DNA of 64,000 nt, from the NCBI GenBank assembly GCA_045837725.1, contig JBEWZL010000257.1:248001-312000 (forward strand). Direction: 5' to 3'. Source of the DNA: Vermamoeba vermiformis. Its lineage: Eukaryota. Position numbers and translations under genes: made by a program. This document shows positions 1 to 13,437 of this stretch, in pieces. Numbering within the stretch: position 1 is the stretch's first letter; each line of letters begins with the position of its first letter. The notes below the pieces were generated by a model. The model was not told the DNA's origin. It was given only the letters and a program-made list of their open reading frames with translations, and searched no databases.

Positions 1-1021
1 TCACCCCAAGAAGCAATACTTGTTGTTGGGCTCTCTCCGAGAAGTCATTGTCCGCCAATCTGGTACCAAGGAAGGTGTTACTGCTTTGAGCGCTTACTTT
101 GATCAATTCCTCACTGTTTTGTTCAACAACACTCAAAGCGAGGAAGAAGGTACTCGTAACGTCGTCTCTGAATGCTTGGGTAAATTGGCTTTGATCAACC
201 CCGAGAAGGTCATCCCTGCTCTTCGCGAGCGCATTGGCAGCGACAGCCCCTTCACCAGAGGTATCGTCGTCACTGCCGTCAAGTTCACTATTGCCGAGCA
301 ACCCTTGCCCGTTGACGATGTTCTCAAGAAGGAGATCGCCGCATTCTTGGAGGTCTTGAAGGACGCCAACATTGATGTCCGCCGCTCTGCCCTCTTGACC
401 TTGAACTACGTCGCTCACCACAAATCCAAGTTGATCCGTGAATTGTTGCCCAAGTACTTGCCTGTGCTTTACGGTGAGACTAAGGTTAGACCCGAGTTGA
501 TCCGTGAAGTCGATTTGGGCCCATTCAAGCACAAGGTTGACGACGGTTTGGAGTTGAGAAAGGCTGCTTTCGATGTTATGTACACTTTGTTGGACACTAG
601 CATTGATCGCTTGGACTTGTCCGAGTTCATCAACCACATGGTCAATGGTCTCAACGATCAATACGACATTAAGATGTTGAACCAAATGATGTTGGTCCGC
701 TTGGCTCAACGCGCTGGTGCTGCTTTGCTCGCTGGCCTCGACAACTTGATCGAGCCTATGCGCCAGACTGTCACCACCAAGGTGAAGGACAACTCCATTC
801 AACAGCAAGTTGAGCGTAACGAAGAAATGATTCGCTCCGCTCTTCGTGCCGTTGCTGCCATTAACAGCATTCCTCAATCGGACACCAACCAAAGATGGGC
901 TGACTTCATGAAGACCACCATCAGAACTCCCGACCTCAACGACAAATTCGAGCAGGTTGCTAAGGAAGCTGCTGATAGCCGAATTGATGTCCAAAAGGTT
1001 GACGCCATGGACTTGTCTTAA
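1..1021 (+). CDS. CAND1: Cullin-associated NEDD8-dissociated protein 1 (TIP120), C-terminal part; 5' truncated by window
   Basis: Shows the motifs EEGTRNVVSECLGKL, ELIREVDLGPFKHKVDDGLELRKAAF and ERNEEMIRSALRA typical of the CAND1 C-terminal HEAT/TIP120 region. The frame is open to the window edge. Confidence 0.95.
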   Translation, partial: HPKKQYLLLGSLREVIVRQSGTKEGVTALSAYFDQFLTVLFNNTQSEEEGTRNVVSECLGKLALINPEKVIPALRERIGSDSPFTRGIVVTAVKFTIAEQPLPVDDVLKKEIAAFLEVLKDANIDVRRSALLTLNYVAHHKSKLIRELLPKYLPVLYGETKVRPELIREVDLGPFKHKVDDGLELRKAAFDVMYTLLDTSIDRLDLSEFINHMVNGLNDQYDIKMLNQMMLVRLAQRAGAALLAGLDNLIEPMRQTVTTKVKDNSIQQQVERNEEMIRSALRAVAAINSIPQSDTNQRWADFMKTTIRTPDLNDKFEQVAKEAADSRIDVQKVDAMDLS

Positions 1022-1206
1022 ATGACAACATTTTCTCACTTGTAACAAGAGTACAGTAAACTGTTTCGTAAAATATAACGCGGTTGTGTGCTGCAAACAT
1101 CAAAATAATTCGGCTAAAAATACCAGAAACGGCAAAATTTAATTAATTTGAGCCAGTATTTGCAACCTTCCTTTTATTAAATACAAAGTTACGAGTAAGA
1201 AACACG

Positions 1207-2814
1207 ATGGAGAAGAAGAAAGTTGTGGATTATCACTACGAATTCCCTCACGATCTGACTCTTGAGGAAGTTCAAGAAGTCGTGAAAGGGCGAAAGGATA
1301 TCATGGCGTATGTTCGTCGTGATGGTGATTGGTTATCTTTTGATTACGTCTTCGTACAAGAAGGCACGTTCCCTCATCCTTCAACTGCATCTGATCCAAA
1401 GTAAGCAGAGAAAAATATAATTAACAAAGTGCTGTATATTAGAAGAGGAAATCACATTAGCCCTGCGCAATTCCATATTTATTCTAAATTTTTAAAATAG
1501 GATCGCTCGGCAGTTGGCAATTCGGAGGGAATGCAGAGGACTAATATTTGATGCAAAAACTGGAGAATTATTATCACGCAGATTTCATAAATTTTTCAAC
1601 GTAAACGAAAAAGAAGAATCAATGCTCGAGAACATGACAGACTTGACTGGCGGGCACATCATTCTTGAAAAGCTGGATGGCAGCATGATAGGTTAGTCGC
1701 AACGATCGTTGACGATCTTATAAGTTACTAATGCCAGCAATAGGAGCATTTTTGTGGCAAGGAGAAGTGATTTATGGCACTAAGCTCGGAGACTCAATCG
1801 TAAGATTACTCAGCTTTATATACTTGGCTGACTTTCGTTATAGATTGCTGGTCAAGCAGCTGAATACGTCAAATCAGTGAGCGCAACATATTTCTACGAT
1901 GAATTTTGTAAAAAGTGGATCGGAGCTGGTACGAACACCCGCTTGAGATATGTGGCCTCTAATTTACCTATTTTCAGGCTGGACTCCCATATTCGAGTGG
2001 TGCTCAAAGTCCAATTTGATAGTGCTGTCATATGAGAGCGATCAATTAGTGCTTACTGCCATGCGGAACATGAAGACTGGCCAGTACATGTTGTACAACG
2101 AATTGGTATTGTAGCTGTGTAGTGCCTTATCTGTAGTTTTATTGACAATCATATCAGGAACAAGCAGCCAAAGCGCACAACGTTCCGCTTGTCAAAGTGT
2201 ACAGCCGCGCGAGTGCTACAAATTTCGAAGACCTGCACAACCAAATTAAGAGTGACAAGGACATTGAGGGCTGTGTATTGAAGTTCGACAACGGTCACAT
2301 GTACAAAGTGAAGACTAATTGGTATTACAAGTTGAATAAGGACTTGCACGCGCTGACAAAGAAGAAAGATGGTGAAAAGTTCATTTGGCGCGCAATTCTC
2401 GACAAAAAATACGACGATTTGAAGTACTTCATCAGTCCTATTGACAGAGAGTGGCTCGATCGATTCAACGACGATCTCTTTGCTGGATTAATGGAGTCTG
2501 CTGATGTTTATCGGAAGCGAATGGGTTCTTATGCCCAACAATTAGCAGCGGCTGCTAGTGATGAGGAAAAGAAGCAGATCCAGCAACAAGCACGCGATTA
2601 CATTGTGAGTCAACCAAAAGAAGAGCAGCACTTGTTGTGGGCTGCATGGAACGGCAAAGTCCAAATGAACGAATACATTATCACACATGTGTTGACATTT
2701 TTGGACAAGAACTTGGAGTTTGCGCGGAAGTTGGCTGGCGGCATCCGTGTTTCGGACTACAGAACTGCTGCAAGCTTGAAACTTGCTGCAGAAGCTGACG
2801 ATGAAGACGCATAG
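1207..2814 (+). CDS. T4 Rnl1-like ATP-dependent RNA ligase (about 5 introns)
   Basis: Spliced model gives RECRGLIFD, RRFHKFFNVNE, motif I EKLDGS, TPIFEWCS (III), EGCVLKF (IV) and YKVKTNWY (V). GT-AG introns lie at about 1401-1500, 1692-1743, 1800-1843, 1928-1977 and 2106-2157. Confidence 0.85.
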
Positions 2815-3292
2815 GAATATTATGTGAAAAATGTACATAAAGTAACGTGTCAAGATATCTCAGACATCTCCCACGCGAGATTATGGTTTTATCAAATTTA
2901 GTTTTTCGCGTGCTTCAAGCGGTCAAATTATTTGAAATTCTACAGTACTACATTAATCGATCAAAGACAATAGCTTTGCATTTGTAAATATATATTTATT
3001 GAAGTTATTGTTGCAACACAAGCTCCAACGTTAGATTTCAGCACGTTATTCTAGCGAGCTTTGAAAAGGAGGAATTAGTTCAAATAACGTAAGGGAGAAT
3101 TAATTATGAATTATTGAAGCTTATACAGTGCTAGTTCTGGCTTGGTTACACGGATTTATAAAATAATTATATGAAATTTTCCGAATAACGGACAAGACAT
3201 TAGTTTACCTCAATAATTTTATAGTTGAGCTATTTAAGTGTCGAAACATGTAAATTATTTTTGGCTAATTTATTTGATGATGTAGAAGCAAG

Positions 3293-6200
3293 ATGTCCTC
3301 ATCCCGAAAAGAGTTAAAAGTAACGTACACGATCACCGTCGTGAGTGTCGAAGGCTTGCCCAAAAAAGCCGAAGGATGTGGAATTCACGTCGAATGGAAG
3401 GGTGGAAGAAAAGACAAGGATACGTAAGCGATAGCGTTGAATTAATATCATAAATTGAATTTTAATGCAAGATCAGATCTTCATTAAAAATTAGCTTATT
3501 ATTAAATTGGTTACATTTATGCTATAAATTACAACAAATTCCAAAGCAGCGCAATATTTGCTGGATCCAGCAAGTATATTTTGCTGATTTTCAATTTCAG
3601 ACCAATGACGCCCTCAGTTTCACTCGCAGAAGGCAAAACATCCGTTGAATTCGCACACAAATTCGAAATGACCACTACACTCGAATACACCGATATCGCA
3701 AACAGAAAATTTCAGGAGAAAAATCTTGTCTTCTCTGTCGTTGGTGTAAGCTTCTTTGTGCTGATATTCTGTAGAGACGTATATTAATATCAACGCGACT
3801 GTAGGAGAAAATTAAGAAGAAAAAGGACGCTGTCATCGGCAAAGCATCAATTGATTTGGGCACAATGGCCTTCCCGGGCAGTTTTCAACCGCGTCAAGCC
3901 CTGAAATTGGCCACCAAGAAAGAGAAAGAAGGCGCTGGAATTTTGAACGTACGTATGAGTGCTATTATAGGAACAACAGATATTGATTAGATTCGCAGAT
4001 TGTTGTCAACAGTAAATGGGCTGCTAAGGACGGCAAGAAAGTTGTCGCGTAAGTTATAACAAGAATGAGCTGGACTTAGATTGGGTGCTAATATGATCGC
4101 AGTGGCAAGAAGGACAAAGAAAAGAGCGATAAAGATAAGGACAAGGATAAGAAAGACAAAGATAAGGACAAGAAAAAACTTGATAAGCGCTCAAGCAGAC
4201 GTGATCTCAAAGACAAGGACAAGAAAGACAAAGACAAGGACTCGAAGTCTGATGCAGGTGATGAAGCCTCAGGCAGCGAGTCATACAGCTTCGCCAAGAA
4301 GAGAGGCGGTGACGCGCTTGAAGAGTCATCGTTCCAAGTCAACGGCGAGGACTATCATTTGGAGAGTGAAGCAGAGACATCTGACGGTGACGATGAACCC
4401 AGCATGTGGGGTGAACCTCCAGATAAGGCAAGTCAATACGAGTCATCGCGTATCATACGAACTAGTTACTAACATCGACTTAAGACCGAAGACTATTTAT
4501 CCGACAGCGATGAAGAAGGCGATAAAGTCGAGTTCAAGAAGGACAGTTCTTCCGCTGATTTAACCTCGAGCTCCGCCAGCAGTATGTGAAAACGATCAAA
4601 TTCTAACCATTCTAACATAACTGTAGAAGACGACAAGAAGAAGAAAGAAGACGACAAAAAGAAGGAAGAAGAGGATAAAAAGAAAAAAGAAGAAGCCGAT
4701 AAAAAGAAAAAGGAAGAGGACGATAAGAAGAAAAAAGATGAGGCTGACAAGAAAAAGAAAGAGGAAGAGGACAAAAAGAAAAAAGAAGAGGAGGACAAGA
4801 AAAAGAAAGAAGACGCTGACAAAAAGAAAAAGGAAGAAGATGAAAAGAAGAAGAAAGAAGAAGAGGACAAAAAGAAAAAAGACGAAGAAGACAAAGACAA
4901 ACGGTACGTGTGATCATTGCATCCTTTGTCAATACTAATTCCTGTTTTAGAAAAAGTATCAGAGGCTTTGGTGCTTTGTTTGGCAACAAAGACAAGGACG
5001 CCAAGGACAAGGATAAGGACAGCAAAGATAAGGACAGTAAAGACAAGGACAAGGACAGCAAAGATAAGGACAAGCGTGACGATAAGAGCGACAAAGACAA
5101 GAGTGATCGTGATAAGAGCGACCGAGATCGTAGTGATAGAGACCGCAGCGACCGCGATCGAAGTGACCGCGATAGGAGTGACAGGGACAAAGATCGAAGC
5201 GATCGCGACAGGAGTGACCGTGACAGCAGGCGTGACTCCAAGATCCTCACTTCACAACCTTCTTCAGCGAGCCTCTCTGGTGCCTCAAAAGACGAGATTG
5301 ACAAGTTGAAGGCTGACTTTAGCAAGAAAGAAGAGAAGTTGCAGAAAGAAATCGCAGAGAAGAAGGAGCAAATCACAAAGCTCGAGAATGAATTGAGCGT
5401 GGCTAAAGTACAAATTCAACAAGATCAAGATCTGAAACAGTGGGATCGCAAGCCTCAAGACAAACAAAAGGCTGAGTTGAAGGACTTGCAAGAGACTAAC
5501 CGCAACTTGTTGGTGAAGAACGAACAGCTTGAGAAAGACAACAAGACCATGAAGACAGAACAAGACAGCTTGAAGCGACAACAAAAGAGACTCGAAGAAG
5601 AGCTCTCCGAGCTCAAAGAGGAGCTTGAATCTGCCAAGGCGAAGGGCTCTACCTCATCCAAGTCTTCTTCCACCAACAAAGACAGTCCTGCCAATGATCG
5701 CACTGAAGAGTTGAACAAAAAGATTTCGAGCTTGCAACGAAAATTGGATGATCAGCAAGACACCAACAAGAAACAACAAGAAACGATCAAGCAACTCGAG
5801 AGCGATTTGAAGAAGGCTCAAAGCGCTGCAGCTAGCGTAAGTACTAGTGACCCAGTGACCCTTATTCGGACACTACTAACACGTTATCAGCGACCTCGTG
5901 ACAGCAACGAAGAGAAGGTGATGGGCATTGTGTCATCGATCAGCAAGGGTCAGGAGTTGGACTCGCTCAAGGACCGCATCAACGCGTTGCAAGATGAAAT
6001 TGACAACTTCCACCACGTTGAAGATTGGGTCTACGGCGCTGAATTCAAATACGACGGCAATGGCAAGAACATTACTGCCACTGAACTCGCGAACTACATT
6101 ACTGATCACGCTTTGTTGGAGTCTGATGACTTGGACAAGCGTGACTTCTTGTTCCACTTGCTCAAGGCCACTGTTCGCAGTTACAGAGTATGTGTTACAT

Positions 6201-7428
6201 ATAGCTTATTAATAACGAAGAAGTGACCACTAACCTCATAATTAGCGTGACATTAACAACGTTGATCGATTGAGTGGCTGGTTGGCATGGATGATCACTT
6301 TGTACAATTCTCTGGCCAAGTCAACTGGTGCTGAAAAGATTGACAAGAAGGGACTTGACATGAAGTTCTCTTCGTTGCCGTCAATGATGTCTGCTCTTCA
6401 CGGCCGAGGTGGTGCTCGTCGCGCCAAGGCTGAGCGATCAGACAGCGATTCAGACGACGAATCGTCCTCAGAAGAAGACGAGAACGGCGTTGAAGGTGAC
6501 ATTGACAGCGAGTCACTCTTGGGTGGTTTGCGCAGCAAATTGGGCTTGCAAGAACGACCTGCTGCCTTCTTGGCTCACTTGGAGGGTCTTATTCAACACT
6601 GCTATGTCTTGATCTACTCACAGATCTGCAGTGTATGTAGTCATGCGCACAGCTGAAGGCGAGTGACTAACATTTTGATGCTAGGAATTGCACGAGATCA
6701 AGTACATGGACATATTGTTTGACCAGAGCGAAGTGTTCCACACCTCGAAGAAAGCCAACGAGTCAATGTCTGAGTACGTCGTGTTGTCAATGATGATTTA
6801 AATATCTAACTCACCGTATCAAGTAGCTCGAAGAAGAACAGCAACGGCAAGCAAAAGGCCAACAACCGCGTCAAATTGACCAAGGTGTTGAACGCAGCTT
6901 ATCGTCGACTAGAAGCACATCACAACAACAAGACGGTCGTTGCTCAATTGTTCGCGCAAGTGTTCTATTTCATGGCCAATTCAGTGCTCAACAAGTTCTT
7001 GACCACACCCGATCTCTGTCGAGCCTCGCGTGGTTATGCCGTCAAAGTCGCATATTCGCACATGGAGATTTGGGCCTCGGAGAAGTCCGATCTGATCAAT
7101 CACATGCGCAATCAGTTCGACATTTTGTTGGAGGCCTGCAACGTGCTCGTGATTGACAAGAGCATCTTTGCAGCTGAGGACATTGTTCCGACCATCTTCC
7201 TCAAGCTCAATCCCAAACAAATCAAACAGTTGTTGGTGTCATTCCAGCCCGACGAGTAAGTGACACTATTAGTATGATTTAAATACATACACGTGCTTAT
7301 CTTATTGTTGCAGAATGGCGCCAGATCCAGTACCCAGCGCAGCTAAGGGCGCGATTGAACGAGCGGCATTGAAAGTGAACAAAGAAATTCACTTGGATTC
7401 GAGCACATTAATCAACTTGAATCAATAA
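3293..7428 (+). CDS. NT-C2 domain / charged repeats / coiled coil / dilute (DIL) domain protein
   Basis: The N-terminal exons are NT-C2-like (IHVEWKGG, IGKASIDLG). A long K/E/D-rich and coiled-coil middle follows. The C-terminus is DIL-like (QLFAQVFYFMANSVLNKFL...LNPKQIKQLLVSFQPDE). Multiple introns. Confidence 0.7.
4630..4900 (+). repeat. Coding tandem repeat of about 24 nt encoding KKKKEE(E/A)D, possibly a single alpha helix
   Basis: About 11 imperfect units such as gacaagaaaaagaaagaggaagag lie inside an exon. Confidence 0.85.
4990..5235 (+). repeat. Coding low-complexity repeats KDKDKDS and (RDRSD)n
   Basis: Translation reads KDKDKDSKDKDSKDKDKDS...DRDRSDRDRSDRDRSDRDRSD. Confidence 0.85.
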
Positions 7429-7699
7429 GAAGTATAATAAGAAGACTATTGATTATAATAAGTGTTATTTGAGGCTCAACGTCGCTTCGAAAAACAATTC
7501 CACTTTTATTTATTTTAATCAAATGATGGCACGCTGCTATTGTTTGTTCGTAATATTTAACGAATAAATTACTTGTAACCTAATTGCAGTGCTATCGTCT
7601 TGTTTGATAGCGATGTCAAGGCACGTGGTTTAGTTTGAAAACATTTCTAACTACTTTTCGCTGTTTTTATTATCCGTGACTCGCGGTACCTCAATCACC

Positions 7700-9669
7700 A
7701 TGCGCACTCAGTATTTAGTGATTGCTATTATTTTGGCTTTGGCTGTATCAGCCTTGGCTGACAATGTTTCCACCTTGCGCATCAGAAAAACTAAAAAGGT
7801 CAGTGAAAGTGAATAATAAAATCGGGCACGAATAATTTTAGTAATAATTTTAATTAAAATAGGCCGATATTCCCCGTCATCAAATTTTGCGCTCGATCAG
7901 TCAAAAATATCGCATCCCTTTGAAGCCTGGATTCGAACGTGCTAGCAACTTGCCCCTCGGTGGTAATGTCTATCCTATTGGCATTTACTACGTTGAGGTC
8001 GACATTGGCACTCCTGGACGCAGTTTCAACGTTGCTATTGACACTGGGTACGGATGGGATCTTCGTTTAAACCCTATTGACCAATATTACGATTATTATT
8101 AACACGATACTCTTCGCTAATTATAGAAGCTGCTCGCTCCTCGTCCCCGCCACAGGCTGCCAAGGCTGTCCTCCAGTGGCTCCTCAACACACTTACGATC
8201 CTACTGCATCCAGCACCTCGTCTCAAGTCTCTTGCGACACTACTTCTGAGTACGTACCTATTTGTAATATTATACATCATTATACGACTGCTTAATTAAT
8301 TATCCCTGCGCACGACTAAATAAATTTTTGTTTCAGATGCTCTGGCTGCGACAACAACAACCAATGCCAGTTTGAAAACAGCTATCAAACCTGCAACTTG
8401 AGCAATCCTAATCAAGTAAGTAACAACGATCACTGTTATTGACGGACTCGTATCGAAGCTACATCTGGTTGAAACTTGAAAATGTCGACGCTGTTTCAGA
8501 TAGCCATTCTAATATATGATATTACAATACATAGGTCTGCACAGTGGCTGGTGTCGTCTACTCCGATGTGTTCTCCTTCGGTCCTGGTTTGAAGGGATCA
8601 GTCAACTTCGGCACCATTACGCAACAAACTCCGAACTTCCAACAATTCGCAGTGATTGATGGTGTATTAGGCCTTGCATGCACTCAAGACTTTGGTCAAC
8701 CTACTCCCATCGAGTCTATGGTTCAAGGTGGCTTGATCCAAGATCAATTCTCGTTCTGCTTCGACAAATCCGGTCAAGGAGGTCTTCTCACCTTTGTAAG
8801 TTCTACTGATAGTACAATAGCCATACAGTACAATACTTATGCGCCTATTTAAATAGGGCGGCGCAGATCCCAACCTCTACACAGGCTCATTCCAGTACAC
8901 GCCACTCACGCAAGGCATTCAGGGCGAGTAAGTGCTCCTCTGACGCACTACTTGCAATTAGATATTAATATACGTTCTACCAGGTACTACGTCTCGATGA
9001 ACGACTTGTTGGTTGCCGGCAAGAGCATCGGAGTTGATCCGATCGTGTACTCTGGTCAATACGGTGGTTCTATTGTTGACAGTGGTACTAACGTCTTCTT
9101 GCTCCCCCATGAAGGTAGTTATTCAGCATTTTATTCGTTACTAAGCTCAGATCCACTCGTTACAAATTTCAAAAAACTAATAGTCTCTTTATATAAATAC
9201 AGCCTTCAGAGCCTTGCGCCGTGTATTCATGAACATGTGCTCCAAGACCTCTTTGCGCGGTATTTGTGACGTGCCTGCTGGTCAAACTCTCTTCGACGGA
9301 TTCTGCTACGGCATGACCAGCACTCAGGTCGCGCAATTCCCGCCCATGACTGTAGTCTTGCAAGTAAGTGGTAGCACTATATCATTATGTTCCTATACTC
9401 ACCTCGTTTAGGGCCCAGTTGAGCTGAAAATGACCGCTGCTAATTACTTGACCACGCAAAATGGTCCCGGTCAATACTGCCTCGGTGTTATTGACACTGG
9501 TAATGCGCTGCTGACCACTCAAATATGACGTACTAATGCATATACATTAGGTTATGGTGGCTTCACTATTCTCGGCGACACTAATATGGCTCCTTACTTG
9601 TCCTTGTTCGATCGAGTCAATGCGCAATTAGGTTTCGCGCCAGTTAATGCCGCAAACTGCGTTGCTTAA
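7700..9669 (+). CDS. Secreted pepsin-family (A1) aspartic protease
   Basis: Signal peptide MRTQYLVIAIILALAVSALA. First catalytic DTGS is split by an intron at about 8048; second is VDSGT. The C-terminus reads ILGD...FDRVNAQLGFA. Confidence 0.9.
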
Positions 9670-9906
9670 TATTATTAATATAGGCCCTATAAATCACGCT
9701 TTTAACGTTAATTTTGTGCGCTTTTGGTCAAACATTCCTCCGACTTTTCGTCAGATCCAAAATGTCACTTTTTTTGACAGGGGTTAACAAGTTTGTTCTT
9801 GCGGTCAAGTAAAATCTTTTCTTGCAATATTGTAGTTACAGCACTGCCGTTCATATACGACCGAGCAGAATCAGCTTTATTGTCAGTAAATAATTGCTAG
9901 ATCAAG

Positions 9907-11870
9907 ATGGAGACCAAGTTTCCGCTCGGAGGAGACTCGCAAAACAGCGACAAAGTGGTATTTAAGAATCACAAAAACAAGTATTATTTAACAGCAGAGC
10001 CAGTCATGGGTAGGCACCGTGTAAAACAGTTGCAATTTGCAATCCAACAATTGGATGACATTTTTAATCCGGTAGAATTGCAATAATTAACGCAATAAAT
10101 TAAAATAGGTCGCGTAGTGGCCAATAGAACAGATGCCAAGAAGTGGGAGACATGGACTTACAAAGTACTCGATACAAACAAGATTTCGTTAATGAGCTAT
10201 CATGAAAAATACCTTGCAGCCATTCCTGGAGGTAATTTTGTCTCTTTATATTATATTTCATATAATTACACTCGTTTCGTGCCATTTTAGACGATTATTA
10301 CCGCGTAATTAATGTAATACTACAATTTTTCATTTCGGATCTTGTTCGGACAAATTCCAAGTCAGGTGCAAGTTAATTATTATCCCTCAAATACAAAAAT
10401 GTAACTCCATGCAAATCCCGTTCGCTTTCTATCTTAGATCGGGACCGAACAACAGCAATCTCAGTAAACCGAAAGAATCTTTTTTGTGCTTTTAGCAACA
10501 TATGTAATACAGAACAGTCATTACATAAGCACCCTATTAATGATATAACACGTATTACGCACTTTTTGAACTGAAATTTCCAATACGCAGCCTATTTTTC
10601 TGTTGATATCAATGTGAGCTGTTGCAGCCATTTCTTTCCTAATATAGTATCATTGTATTATAGGCAGCATAGTAGCAAATAGAACAGAAGTAAAAGAATG
10701 GGAGGCCTGGACGGTGGAACCATTTGACGATGGATTCGCGCTCCGCAGTTGGAACGGCAGATATTTAACCATATTACGCAGTATGTATCAACATAATCAC
10801 TTATGAAATTGCGCGTTACTATAATAAGCGGCACAAGGTCCAGTACAAAATGAACCGTCGAAATTTTGAAGCCGATCGGCCATTTAAAATTTCCGATGTT
10901 GTTTAAATTAGAATCATTACTCGGCATTATTGCAACACTCATGTAGATTAATTTAATTGACGCATTTAATTTCCTAGAGGAATTAGTTGTAACGAAAAAA
11001 CACAGAAAAAAGAAGTCAAAATGGTTCCCCCAACCTATCACAGAAAAAGGTAAAGTGAATCATGTCGCAAATACTACATAATATGTTAAATGTATGCTAA
11101 TATGACTCATAACAGCCTCGAAGACAAATAACTTCAAGCGCGAAGATGAATTAACTCGTTATTTTGCCTTGCCAGCGACTGATTTGGTAAAAGGCACGTA
11201 TAATTTACTATGCGCCTATATATATATCAATGGATGCCTCCATCAGCTCGCCTTTAACCCGCATTCTTGACATTTTGACACGTGTCACTTGCAATTACAG
11301 TGCTAATGGTTCACCGTTAGATTTCGATTCATACATCCCCGACAATCACATTTACATCACACCTGACTTCTTGTGCCTGCATTCGCCCGAATACAATGTA
11401 AGTGTGCCGCGCTCTGACGTAAGACCCACGTTCTAACAGAGTCATTGTGCAGGTCAAAGTGAGCTTTAAAACAGTGCTGTCAGTGTCAGAAGAAGTCAAA
11501 TTATTCTCGCGCGAGCTGGTCATCAGAACGCAAGACAACTCCAAGCTCGTGCGCGATCATCAGTTCCGCATTGGACGCGTGTTCAAGTACGACGATATGA
11601 AGGCGCTGATTGAAAAGTATTGGAAGACTGCGCTCACTGGCCAGCCTCAGCCTGGTACGTCCTTTCCTAATTAGGCAATCTTAAATGATCTAACAACTCT
11701 CACGTGCAGATCCAGTGCTGTCCAAGACGCAGGATGAGTTAGCATCGAGTTCATCAGAAGAGACCACAGACTCGAGCGGCAAGGACGGCGGACTGAACAA
11801 GAGCAAACAAGAACTGACGCAATATATTGACGACATGATTGAGCCGGTAGCTGTCAGCAACGGCAATTAA
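9907..11870 (+). CDS. Fascin-like beta-trefoil repeats fused to a GRAM domain (5' exons uncertain)
   Basis: Repeats KYYLTAEP..GRVVANRTDAKKWETW and GSIVANRTEVKEWEAW..ALRSWNGRYLT. Intron 10781-10977 joins them in frame to the GRAM-like FALPATDLVKDFDSY..HIYITPDFLCLHS. Confidence 0.55.
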
Positions 11871-12341
11871 TCGTGGAGACATCGATCAAATCTGGCGTGA
11901 AAAAATCAGCCGAGATATTTATGTACATTAACTCAACTTGTGAAGATGAAATAAACCTTCGTCTGCGTGTAATTATACCAATATAATGGTGCTATATTTA
12001 TATTTAACTACTAATTATATACACTAGTACAGTCAACTAAGACACGTCGCGCACAAACAGCGCTAAGAGTGCTTTACGAATAGTCAATCGATTGCGCACA
12101 ACACAAGTCCTCGTGTTGTTTTAACACGGTTACTGGCTGTGACAACTCATTGGCTACTGTAGCAGCTAGCATTGCTGTTGTCTCGCGAACAGTCTAGCAG
12201 ACCGTAGTATTTGATCCGGATCCAATCCGGACCAGCTTTTTGTACATCTTAAGGGCGTGCAAATAGGCGAAAGGGCCCTATTTACAAACTAAGAAATGGT
12301 TAATAAGGTCATTGACGGCATACAGTGTAGCGCGGTCAGAC

Positions 12342-13291
12342 TTACTTTTGAATTGAATTGAACAGAGTCCAAGGGTAGAGAGAGTCGCAGGGCTGGAACG
12401 AAGCGTCGTCCAGTCCGTCGCTCTCACTCATCGAGTGCGCAGACAGCGGACTGCTGCAGCTCTCAGGTGATTGAAGGAAGGCGGTAGTGTCGGAGTACAT
12501 CTGCTGCACCGGGTAGAAGTGTAGTGGCTGTTGTTGCGTGCAGCCAAAGATGTCCTCAGTGCCATAATGATAAGCAGTGTCGTTAGGCACAATCGTGTTC
12601 AGATTAGCACCAACATCCGTGACATGAGGTGTCAAGATGTCGAGAGCGGCCAGAGCACTCTGATTGGCCTTGCGACGCCGATTGAGGTTGGTCTGCTTCG
12701 TCTTGTTAGTCACAACAAGAGGGACACGGTCTGGGAAGGTATTTCTGCCCACAAGCACCGCAGGGTTCAGTCCACTGAGTTGATGCACCTCATCGGCGGT
12801 AAGTTGCTGCTTAGCAGACAAAGGAAAATCGGCTTCAGTGCCTTGAAATGCATAGTCTAATATACTAGGCATAAGTACCGAAGCAGTGTGTAAAGGAACT
12901 GAACTGGCTTACCGATCAAGTACTGATGGACATGGACACCCGGTTTTTCAGGTTTTGGGCCTAATTCCCAAATGAGAAATCCTTCATATTCAAAGTAGTG
13001 TACTCCTGCACGACGAAGAGCTCTGTAACAGTTGGATCAGAAATATGCCAAAAATAATATTATTTAAATTTTCCTAGATGCAATTTTTGATACTAACGAA
13101 TAGAGGATTGTATCTACTTACCTAGCTAGGGTATCAAACCTTTTGAAGTGAGTAAACCCTTGATCACACCGCAGAACTGCGCGAGTGGGTGACAGCCAAT
13201 GCAAGAACTGAATCCAATTCTTATAGGCACTGACAACAGTCGGGTGTACGGGCAAAGGAAGGTGATGGTGATGGGTGACAGTGTCAGTCAT
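12342..13291 (-). CDS. Uncharacterised protein (3 exons)
   Basis: ATG at 13291. Two GT-AG introns keep the frame into the 176-aa ORF 12342-12872. No family recognised. Confidence 0.55.
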
Positions 13292-13437
13292 GGCAAGAGG
13301 GAGGCGTGTGTGACTAGCTAAAGGAACTCATAAAATGATCGAACTTTCTCAGCCAAAAATCGTGGATGTTAAAATTGATAAAATACGTCATCTAGTTTTC
13401 TTGTTAGTACGAATATAACTACCATAACAACACCACA

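Noticed and set aside
4088-5376. Long antisense ORFs rich in S/F/L
   Set aside because: These are shadows of the K/E/D/R coding repeats on the plus strand.
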